The position numbers were made by a program, and so were the translations under genes. A stretch of 64,000 nucleotides of DNA, taken from Flavobacteriales bacterium (lineage in GTDB: Bacteria > Bacteroidota > Bacteroidia > Flavobacteriales_C > GCA-002722245). Below the pieces are notes generated by a model. The model worked only from the letters and a program-made list of their open reading frames with translations, was not told the origin of the DNA and did no database searches. This document shows positions 9,128 through 17,800 of the stretch, in pieces (within the stretch, counting starts at the first letter, position 1; every line of letters begins with the position of its first letter). The DNA lies in NCBI GenBank assembly GCA_046074525.1, contig JBJTOK010000079.1, positions 9,894 to 73,893 of the forward strand, written 5' to 3'.

Positions 9128-10099
9128 ATGAAGTATAGAAATTTAGGAAAAACAAACAGAAGCGTAAGTGCCATGGGCTATGGCATGTGGGGTTTGGCCG
9201 GCTGGACCGGCAGTGATGAAAAAGAAGTGAACAAAGCTTTGGATAAAGCAGTGGAAATGGGCTGTAATTTTTTTGATACCGCGTGGGATTACGGCGCAGG
9301 AAAAAGTGAGCAGATGCTGGCCGAACTCATCAAAAGAAATCGCGGAAGTCAATTGATTGCCGCTACAAAAATTCCACCGATGAATAAAAAGTGGCCGCCT
9401 GTCAAAGGATCTTCTATTGAAGAAGTTTTTCCTGTTCATCACATCATGGAATATACAGAGAAGAGTTTAAAAAATTTGCAGACCGACGCTATTGACCTTC
9501 TGCATTTTCATGTGTGGGAAGATGAATGGTCGAAGCGTGATGAATGGAAAATGGCTGTGTTAAAATTAAAGCAGGAAGGAAAAGTAAAATCTTTTGGGAT
9601 CAGTGTTAACCGCTGGGAGCCATCGAATTGTTTGCAGGCTCTGGAAAGCAGATTGATTGATGTGGTACAGGTGATTTATAATATTTTCGATCAGTCTCCC
9701 GAAGATGAACTTTTCCCTTATTGTCTTGAAAATAATATCGGCGTAATTGCCCGTGTTCCTTTTGATGAAGGTTCGCTGACAGGAGGTCTGACAAAAACTA
9801 CCGTGTGGCCCGAAGGCGACTGGCGCAATATTTATTTCTGTAAGGAAAATTTAGTGCCGACTGTAGATAGGGTAGAGGCACTCAAAAAAGTTGTTCATGA
9901 GGGAATGACATTGCCCGAGTTGAATTTGAAATTCATTTTGAATCATCCTGCGGTGTCCACCATTATTCCGGGAATGAGGAAGGTGCAGCATGTAGAAGAG
10001 AACATGAATGCTGTAAAGGGAAAGTTGTTGTCGTTAGAAATGATGCAGCATCTAAAACAATACCGCTGGGATAGACAACCGACGGTGTGGTCGTGTTAA
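9128..10099 (+). CDS. Aldo/keto reductase family oxidoreductase.
   Basis: The N-terminal pattern is LGKTNRSVSAMGYGMWGL, the length is 323 aa, and it is an AKR-fold family member. Confidence 0.8.
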   Translation: MKYRNLGKTNRSVSAMGYGMWGLAGWTGSDEKEVNKALDKAVEMGCNFFDTAWDYGAGKSEQMLAELIKRNRGSQLIAATKIPPMNKKWPPVKGSSIEEVFPVHHIMEYTEKSLKNLQTDAIDLLHFHVWEDEWSKRDEWKMAVLKLKQEGKVKSFGISVNRWEPSNCLQALESRLIDVVQVIYNIFDQSPEDELFPYCLENNIGVIARVPFDEGSLTGGLTKTTVWPEGDWRNIYFCKENLVPTVDRVEALKKVVHEGMTLPELNLKFILNHPAVSTIIPGMRKVQHVEENMNAVKGKLLSLEMMQHLKQYRWDRQPTVWSC

Positions 10100-10105
10100 C
10101 TTTTA

Positions 10106-10213
10106 AACCATAAAGGGCACAGAGATCACAGAGTTATCGTGCGCAAAGAAAACAGCTTAAAGCTGCAAGCTCTGTGTTCAAATCGGTCTCTGCGATCTCT
10201 GTGCCTTGTGGTT
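10106..10213. repeat. Intergenic nested-hairpin repeat element (copy A of a 2-copy family, REP/MITE-like). It fills the convergent spacer between the AKR gene and the secreted GH16 gene.
   Basis: The terminal imperfect 27-bp IR is aaccataaagggcacagagatcacagag / ctctgcgatctctgtgccttgtggtt. The internal palindrome is cagcttaaagctg. It shares end motifs and a gcgcaaagaaaacagct core with the 14489..14638 copy, in inverse orientation. Confidence 0.5.
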
Positions 10214-10223
10214 AAGTAAGAAG

Positions 10224-12356
10224 TTAATCCATCTTCACTATTCTCAATGTCTTCACCTGATCGGCATATTGCGCCTGCACAATATAAGTGCCCTGTGCCA
10301 AATCTTCACCTATGTTAATCGTTTCATTGGTTTTTACATTGTGTTGCTGTGCCACTGACCCGTTGAGGTTGAAAATCGTTAACTGCACAGATGAGTTCAA
10401 TGAATGCTCGAAGGTCAATGAAATTCTTTCACTAAACGGATTAGGGAAAGCATTGATTTGCGCATTGCTTATTTCATTAATACCAACATTGCAATTTTGT
10501 TTTGCAACAGTGATGGCTTTGCTTACTGTGTTACCAACGCAGAGGAGAGAACTTGTTTCTACTACCGACACATTCCCGCTGATGGTGTCAAAATCCACTG
10601 TAATGTTTTTGGTGCCTTGTCCGGAAGCAATTGTTGCCCCTGATGGCACTGTCCAGTTGAAGGTTGATCCGCTCATTCCAGTTACCGAATAAGCCACGCC
10701 TTTTTTATTGTAGCACACAGTAGTGTTGCCGGTGATAGCTGAAGTAGCAGGTGTTCCTTCTATCTTCAGGTTATCGAAATAATAAGTGTGATTGGTGAAA
10801 GAATTGGAGTTGAACAGTATTTGTATTTTATCCACGTCGCTTCCTTTCAAGGCACCATCAGGTGAAGACACCCATTTGAAGGTCAGTTTTGTCCAGGTGT
10901 TGGGAGCGCCCGTTGTAGCAGTATATTGGCTGTGTCGACCGTAAGGCCATCCTTTGGAAAGATCGGCTACTTTGTCAAATTCGATGGTGATCGTGGTTCC
11001 CTGCGGTGCCGAAGTTTTAACGTCCATGGTAAACTGACGGATTCCTTTTCGGAAATCATCGGGATCGGCTACCAGGAATTTTGTAAATCCGAGAATATCG
11101 TATTGCGATCCGCTATTGCGGGTGTATGATGCGCAGTAATCGGAAGAGTTACTTCCACCTTTTGCTGAGTTGGTAATTGGGGCATTTAAAGAGCCATCTG
11201 ATGAAGCACCGCTGAGGTAACGGTTATTTTCGAAATCGTCCATGATGATGGAGCAACTTTTGTCGATTGCTGTAACGCTCAGTTTTGCAGTTGTCATGCT
11301 ACAGCCGGATGGCGTGATATCGCAGGAAATATCTCCTTTGAGTGCCGAATTGTATTTTACACTGATGGATTTTGTTCCTTGTCCGCTCTCAATTGAAGCA
11401 CCGCTTGGGACAGTCCAGTTGTAAGTAGCATTCGCACCAGCATCGCTGGCAGTATAGGTTTGCGTGTCGTTGGTGAAGTTGAGTTCTTTACCTCCTACAT
11501 ATAAATAGCTGCCCGAAGTGTATACGCGAACATAATCTACGTACATTGAAACCGGATAATCGGAACTAACAGGAGTAGCGTTGCCGGTGTAAGTTCCACC
11601 AACGGCAAGATTGAGAATGATATAAAACGGACTGTCATCAAAAGTCCAGTCGGAAGCAGTAGCACCTTTGCCTGCAATGGTAGCAGGTGTAATAGTTTTT
11701 GTTACTACCCCGTCAACAGAAAATTTTATTTCCTGAGGCGCCCAGTCGATGGCATAAATATGATAATCGGCCGACCAGTCGGTACCGGTATTGTAATCAT
11801 TGTACACATATTGGTGATTGCCACAAGGTGTACAATAGAAGTGAACTGTTTGTGATGCTTTTTTTGGATTCTTGTTTTGTGTTTCCAGAATATCAATTTC
11901 TCCACTTTGAGGCCAGTTGTTGTTGTCGGAAAGCATCCAGAATGCCGGCCATACTGCCGATGCAGAAGGTACTTTTATACGGGCTTCATAATGTCCGTAT
12001 TTCCACGAATGCTTCTGGTAGGTATATATTTTCCCTGAAGTATAGTCGCTGCCTGAGCTTTGGTAATTTTTTTGATATCTGGCTGTAAGCACCAGATTTC
12101 CTCCGGTGACATTTACATTGTTGATACTTGATGTGTAGAACTGTTTTTCATTATTACCGAATCCGCAGCCGGAAGATCCGCCGCAGCCATTGCCGGTAAC
12201 GACAGTCCAGTTATTGGTGTTAATGGCGGTGCTGTCAAATTCATCTGACCACACAAGTGTACTGCATTGTGCGGATGCTGAATTGCAAATAGCTGTTAGG
12301 GGTATAGCCAGCGTTAATAGTTTTTTTAGGGATGTAAGGGGTAGTTTTAATGCCAT
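10224..12356 (-). CDS. Secreted multidomain GH16 beta-glucanase (GH16 catalytic domain, Ig/PKD-like domain, CBM-like domain, Ig-like domain, T9SS type-A C-terminal sorting domain).
   Basis: It has a signal peptide, and the GH16 motif is WPQSGEIDILETQ. The C-terminal Por-secretion tail is (INAFPNPFSERISLTF....GTYIVQAQYADQVKTLRIVKMD). Confidence 0.85.
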   Translation of the reverse strand: MALKLPLTSLKKLLTLAIPLTAICNSASAQCSTLVWSDEFDSTAINTNNWTVVTGNGCGGSSGCGFGNNEKQFYTSSINNVNVTGGNLVLTARYQKNYQSSGSDYTSGKIYTYQKHSWKYGHYEARIKVPSASAVWPAFWMLSDNNNWPQSGEIDILETQNKNPKKASQTVHFYCTPCGNHQYVYNDYNTGTDWSADYHIYAIDWAPQEIKFSVDGVVTKTITPATIAGKGATASDWTFDDSPFYIILNLAVGGTYTGNATPVSSDYPVSMYVDYVRVYTSGSYLYVGGKELNFTNDTQTYTASDAGANATYNWTVPSGASIESGQGTKSISVKYNSALKGDISCDITPSGCSMTTAKLSVTAIDKSCSIIMDDFENNRYLSGASSDGSLNAPITNSAKGGSNSSDYCASYTRNSGSQYDILGFTKFLVADPDDFRKGIRQFTMDVKTSAPQGTTITIEFDKVADLSKGWPYGRHSQYTATTGAPNTWTKLTFKWVSSPDGALKGSDVDKIQILFNSNSFTNHTYYFDNLKIEGTPATSAITGNTTVCYNKKGVAYSVTGMSGSTFNWTVPSGATIASGQGTKNITVDFDTISGNVSVVETSSLLCVGNTVSKAITVAKQNCNVGINEISNAQINAFPNPFSERISLTFEHSLNSSVQLTIFNLNGSVAQQHNVKTNETINIGEDLAQGTYIVQAQYADQVKTLRIVKMD

Positions 12357-12677
12357 GATTTGTTTACTGTATTTGGTTTACAAAAGTTATTAAATTTTGC
12401 CTTAGCGCTTCTACAAGATAGAAATTATTACGTTGGGTTGCCGGGTTCGGTTTTTTGCGATTCAGGTGCTAAAATCGTTCGTAGTTTTTTTGTCTGGCTT
12501 TATTGTCGAGGCCTGTATGACGAATAGTAAAATTCGCTGAGTACTATTTTGCGCCTTTATTTGTACAATTTTAGCCCTCTTTTTCTTCGATAAACGAATA
12601 TTATTGTGTGTGCGGTAACGCTTTTGAGTCTTTTTCCTGTTGGAAGAGGAGAGGTAGTTTTATTTAATATAATATTT

Positions 12678-14477
12678 ATGAGGATTTTAAAAATCACTTT
12701 TGTTTTGTTGTGGCTTTCCACAACTTTGTTTTCACAGAGCACCAATCTGATTACCAACATCGATAACCGTCAGGTGCAAAACCTTAACGGGAAATGGAAA
12801 ATCATTATCGATCCTTATGAAAATGGATTTTACAATTACAGGTATGAGGAAAGTCCGACCGGTTATTTTAAAAATGAAAAACCGAAAACTCCTTCGGATT
12901 TAATAGAATACAATTTCGATGCGTCGGATGAATTGTATGTACCGAGCGACTGGAACTCGCAAATGCAGGAGTTGAAATGGTATGAAGGAACAATATGGTA
13001 CAAGCGCTCTTTTGATTATAAGAAAACCCCGGGAAAAAGAGTATTTGTTTACCTCGGTGCAGTAAATTATAAAGCGCATGTTTACCTCAATGGAAAAAAG
13101 CTGGGTGAACACACAGGAGGATTTACACCTTTTAATTTTGAAGTAACCGATCTGATCAAAGAGAAAGACAATTTCCTGGTGATCAAAGCCGACAACAAAA
13201 GAGCCAAAGATGCGGTGCCTACCTTGAATACTGATTGGTGGAACTATGGTGGCGTAACGCGTGATGTGAAGATTGTAGAGGTAAATACCACTTTTATTCA
13301 GGACACTTATATACAACTGGCTAAAGGCAGTTTGAACCAGATTTCAGGATGGGTAAAACTGAATGGCGACAACAAAGCAAAAAAAATCCGCGTGAGCATT
13401 CCTGAAGCAAAGTGGAGTGCAGATGTTACTACTAACGATGAAGGTGTGGCTGTGATCAGCGGTGATGCAAAACTCAGTTTGTGGTCACCCGAAAACCCGA
13501 AATTGTATCAGGTGCTGGTGATTGCCGGTCAGGATACTTTAACAGATCAGATTGGTTTCCGTTGTGTTGAAACAAAGGATCACGATATTTTACTGAATAA
13601 AAAGTCAGTTTTACTGAAAGGAGTTTGCATTCATGAAGAAGTACCCACACGTGGCGGAAGGGCTTACAGTATGGAAGATGCGCAATTGCTTTTGGGCTGG
13701 GCAAAATCTTTGGGTTGCAATTATGTTCGACTGGCGCATTATCCGCACAATGAAAATATGACGCGCCTGGCTGATAAAATGGGATTGATGGTTTGGTCGG
13801 AAATTCCGGTGTACTGGACTATTGAGTGGAGCAATCCCTTGGTGCTGGAAAATGCGGAAAAGCAATTGACGGAAATGGTGCTGCGCGATAAGAATAAAGC
13901 GTCGGTAGTAATCTGGTCGATGGCTAATGAAACACCATTAAGCGCAGCACGCCTGACTTTCCTGAAAAATTTAATTGAAACCACGCGTCAGTTGGATAAT
14001 ACACGCTTGATTTCAGCAGCACTTGAAGTACACAATTCAAATAAAAATACGATGATGATTGATGATCCGCTGGGCGAATATCTGGATGTATTGGGATGTA
14101 ACGAATACATAGGATGGTACGGCGACAGAAAACCTGAAGAGTGCGATTCCATTTCATGGACCACCAAGTACAACAAGCCTCTGGTGATCAGTGAAACCGG
14201 GGCCGATGCAGCTTATGGTTTTCATGGCGCAACCGATCAGCGTTTTACCGAAGAATACCAGGCCAATTATTTTCAGCATCAATTGCTGATGTTGGGCAGG
14301 ATAGATTTCCTAAGAGGAATTTCTCCGTGGGTATTGGCCGATTTCCGTTCGCCGCGTCGTCCTTTGTCGAATGTTCAGGATTTCTGGAACAGGAAGGGAT
14401 TGATTTCGGAGCATGGTGAAAAGAAGAAAGCATTTTTTGTGGTGAAGAACTTTTATGAGAATTGGAAGTTGAAGTAG
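12678..14477 (+). CDS. Glycoside hydrolase family 2 enzyme (beta-galactosidase/beta-glucuronidase/beta-mannosidase-like). The ORF-track start at 12606 is probably upstream of the real ATG at 12678 (MRILKITFVLLWLSTTLFSQ signal peptide).
   Basis: The GH2 sugar-binding domain pattern is (VFVYLGAVNYKAHVYLNGKKLGEHTGGFTPFNFEVTDL). The TIM-barrel acid/base region is WSMANE. Confidence 0.8.
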   Translation: MRILKITFVLLWLSTTLFSQSTNLITNIDNRQVQNLNGKWKIIIDPYENGFYNYRYEESPTGYFKNEKPKTPSDLIEYNFDASDELYVPSDWNSQMQELKWYEGTIWYKRSFDYKKTPGKRVFVYLGAVNYKAHVYLNGKKLGEHTGGFTPFNFEVTDLIKEKDNFLVIKADNKRAKDAVPTLNTDWWNYGGVTRDVKIVEVNTTFIQDTYIQLAKGSLNQISGWVKLNGDNKAKKIRVSIPEAKWSADVTTNDEGVAVISGDAKLSLWSPENPKLYQVLVIAGQDTLTDQIGFRCVETKDHDILLNKKSVLLKGVCIHEEVPTRGGRAYSMEDAQLLLGWAKSLGCNYVRLAHYPHNENMTRLADKMGLMVWSEIPVYWTIEWSNPLVLENAEKQLTEMVLRDKNKASVVIWSMANETPLSAARLTFLKNLIETTRQLDNTRLISAALEVHNSNKNTMMIDDPLGEYLDVLGCNEYIGWYGDRKPEECDSISWTTKYNKPLVISETGADAAYGFHGATDQRFTEEYQANYFQHQLLMLGRIDFLRGISPWVLADFRSPRRPLSNVQDFWNRKGLISEHGEKKKAFFVVKNFYENWKLK

Positions 14478-14488
14478 AAGTGTTTTTT

Positions 14489-14638
14489 AACCACAGAGAC
14501 ACCGAGATCACAGAGTTCATACTGTCACAGAGTTTACAGCTTAACGCTGGAGATCACAGAGTCCCACACTCTGTGATCTCCAGCGTTAAGCTGTTTTCTT
14601 TGCGCGCGATACCTCTGTGACCTCTGTGCCCTGTGGTT
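14489..14638. repeat. Intergenic nested-hairpin repeat element (copy B), inverse orientation relative to copy A.
   Basis: The terminal IR is aaccacagagacaccgagatcacagag / ctctgtgacctctgtgccctgtggtt. The inner perfect 25-bp IR is cagcttaacgctggagatcacagag / ctctgtgatctccagcgttaagctg, with a 7-nt loop. It begins 12 nt after the GH2 stop. Confidence 0.5.
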
Positions 14639-14807
14639 GAAAATTGAACTTCCCGTACAAATTTATCCCTCCCTTTTTCTTTCGTACATTTTTTCCTTTC
14701 CAACCAGAACAATTCCACCCTTATTTCCGGATAATTATCCCCCTGGTGAGGAATAATTTTATGCCTTTTCCGGATGATTCAATCCCCTTTCGCGAATGAT
14801 GTGAAAG

Positions 14808-14815
14808 TAATTTTG
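14808..14815 (+). promoter_or_regulatory. Candidate -7 promoter element TAatTTTG upstream of giant gene 1.
   Basis: It matches the Bacteroidota TAnnTTTG consensus, 58 nt upstream of the ATG at 14873. Confidence 0.25.
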
Positions 14816-14872
14816 AAGTAAGCCCCGCTATGTTGCAGGGTAGGTTTATAAATCTAATTCAAACTAAATCAC

Positions 14873-17800
14873 ATGAAAAACAAATCATCAGCGAAAAGAA
14901 AGTATGGAGGAGTACTGCAAGTATGCTCCATGCGCAGTCTTTTCCTTGCAGCATTATTGACGCTGCTGGGAGGAGTGTCGGCAAATTTGTTGGCGCAATT
15001 GCCAACAGGTTTTGTGGCTAGAAAATTAACCACTAACAACATTAAAGAATGTGTGAAGATTGAACATGCACCTGATGGCCGGATTTTTATGGCCGAGAGA
15101 AGTGGTGCACTCAAAGTGTTGAAAGATGGAGTAGTGACAACCATCACTACAGTGAATACAACAACTGCTGATGAGCAGGGCTTTTTAGGAATGGCTCTTC
15201 ATTCAAGTTTTGCTCAAAATGGTAAGTTGTATGTGTATTATACTTCTGCTGATAAAACCAAACATTATTTAGATGTTATTGTTTTAGATGCAGCAAGCCA
15301 GATAGTTTCAAATACACGTTTAATGGAATTCGATCCGATTTTGGCTGGATACCACAACGGTGGAGCTATGGTGTTTAAAAACGGATATTTGTATTTGTGT
15401 ATTGGCGAAAGTAATACACAACAACAAGCTCAGTTGTTAGATACTTATCGTGGTAAAGTATTGCGTTTGCTGGATGACGGACAACCAGCGCCGGGTAACC
15501 CATATTACAACGTTGCAGGAGCTAGCCGACAGAAACAAAGTATCTGGGCCATTGGTATGCGTAATCCATGGTCGATGAGTATGGATCCTGTTTCAGGAAA
15601 ATTATTTGTTGGTAACGTTGGTGGAGGTTACGAAGAAATTAATGATGTAACTACTCCTGATCCGGCAAAAAATTACGATTATGGTTGGGGTACTGCTGGT
15701 CAATCCGGACCAGGGCAATCATCTGGTACAATCTTGCCAGCTTTTTGCTACAACAAAACCAACTGGTATACACCAACTGCTAATGGTGCTTGGAATGCCC
15801 CAAGCTCGTGTGCCATAACAACAGCATTGTTTTTTAATCCCGCCAACACCAATTATCCGAATGAATACAAAAACAAATTTTATTTCGGCGACTGGTGTCA
15901 TGATTGGCTGCGAAGCATTGATCCAAATAATCCATCGGCAGGTTTTCAGGAACCATTTTTATCAAGTGCTTTACACAGGATCTTAGGATTAAGTGTGGGT
16001 ATTGATGGCAACATCTATTACAGTGAGTACGCCGGGACAGGAAACATCTGGAGGCTCGAATATACTTTATCTAATACACCGATTGTTGTCAACCAGCCAA
16101 CCAGTCAAACGATTTATGCTCAGGATGCGGTATCCTTTAGTGTTTCAGCATCAGGAACCGGACCGTTGAGCTACAAATGGCAAAAAAATGGAGTGGATAT
16201 TCCAGGAGCAACTTCAAGTACATATACTATAGGTTCAGCTGCTGTTTCTGATGGAGGAAATTACAAAGCAATTGTATACAATGCATATGGTGAAGCAATA
16301 AGCAGCGAAGCTGTTTTAACGGTTAAGCCTTACAATGCAATTCCTGTTGCGGATATCATCACACCATTATCAAGTAACACAGCAAGTGTATTGGATGTGA
16401 TCAACTATTCAGGAGATGCTACTGATGCAGAAGATGGAACTTTACCGGCATCAGCTTTTGAATGGGAAGTACGTGTTTTCCATAAAGATTGCGGAGCATG
16501 TGAGCACTGGCATCCTGGTCCTGCAGCAACGGACGGCGTGAAATCAGGATCTTTCATCGCAGATAACGGAGGTGAGACTTCTGCCAACGTTTGGTTCCGT
16601 TTGATTTTAAGAGTGACCGATTCAGAAGGAAGGGTAGGGATTGATTCAGTAGATCTGCAACCAAACAAAGTGGTGTTAACTGTGAACAGCAACCGACCTG
16701 GTTTACAGGTGGCCATTGGATCTTCTTCAAACACGCCATATACAAAAACACAAGTAGTGAATAATGCTACCAACATGACAGCCATTTCTCCGCAAACTTT
16801 TGGTGATACAGTATATACTTTTAGTTCATGGGATCACGGTGGGCCAGCTTCACAAAACTTCCGTGTACCAAATGTAAACACAACTTACAAAGCTAATTTT
16901 ATTGGAACTTATGTTCCAAATACCAACATCGCGCTCAATAAAAAGGCGTATTCCACTTCCAACCAGAATGCAGGAAACAACGCTTCCAAAGCAGTGGATG
17001 GTGTTGCCAACAGCCGTTGGGAAAGTCAGTTCGCCGATCCGCAGGCCCTTGTGGTAAATTTAGGCGCGGTGTACAACATCACCCGCGTGAAAATTACTTG
17101 GGAAAATGCGAAAGCGAAAAACTACGAGTTGCAGACTTCTAACGACTCTATCAACTGGACACCCATCAAGTCGGTGAGCGATAACGCAACAGACATCAAT
17201 GAATGGAGTAACCTGGCTGGCACAGGTAAATTCATTCGTATGTATGGAACTCAAAGAACCACTGCTTATGGCTATTCTATTTATGAGTTTGAAGTGTTTG
17301 GTGCTTTGGCTCCGGGAGGCAACCTTGATCCTGCAGTAAGCATCACTGCTCCGGCGAACAACGCTTCTTTTGCTGCTCCAGCAGCCATCAACATCACAGC
17401 CAATGCATCCGATGCAGATGGTACTGTGAGCAAAGTTGATTTCTACAATGGAACTACATTGCTGGGTACCGACAACACTGCTCCTTATGCTTTTCCATGG
17501 AACAATGTTGCTGCGGGTACTTATACTATTTCTGCCAAGGCAACCGATAACGGAGGTGCGGTAGCTACTTCTTCTATTGCTGTTACAGTAACAGGAGCAA
17601 GCAGCAACAGCAACATCGCACTCGGCAAATACACATCGGCTTCCACAGTGTTGAACGGCAGTGGGAATACTGCTCTCAAAGCAACCGATGGCATCGCTGA
17701 TTCCCGCTGGGAAAGTGAGTTCGCTGATCCGCAGTGGATCATGGTGAACCTTGGCGCCAAGTATGACATCAGCCAGGTGAAAATCAAATGGGAAAATGCA

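Noticed and set aside
12606-12677. ORF-track start of the GH2 gene at 12606.
   Set aside because: The first 24 codons precede a canonical signal peptide beginning at the ATG at 12678. The upstream extension overlaps the divergent promoter region.
14869-15147. Minus-strand ORFs antisense to the 5' ends of both giant genes (14869..15147 and 20085..20597), which look conserved with each other.
   Set aside because: Their similarity is a by-product of the sense-strand duplication. They lie entirely inside strongly supported coding sequence on the other strand.
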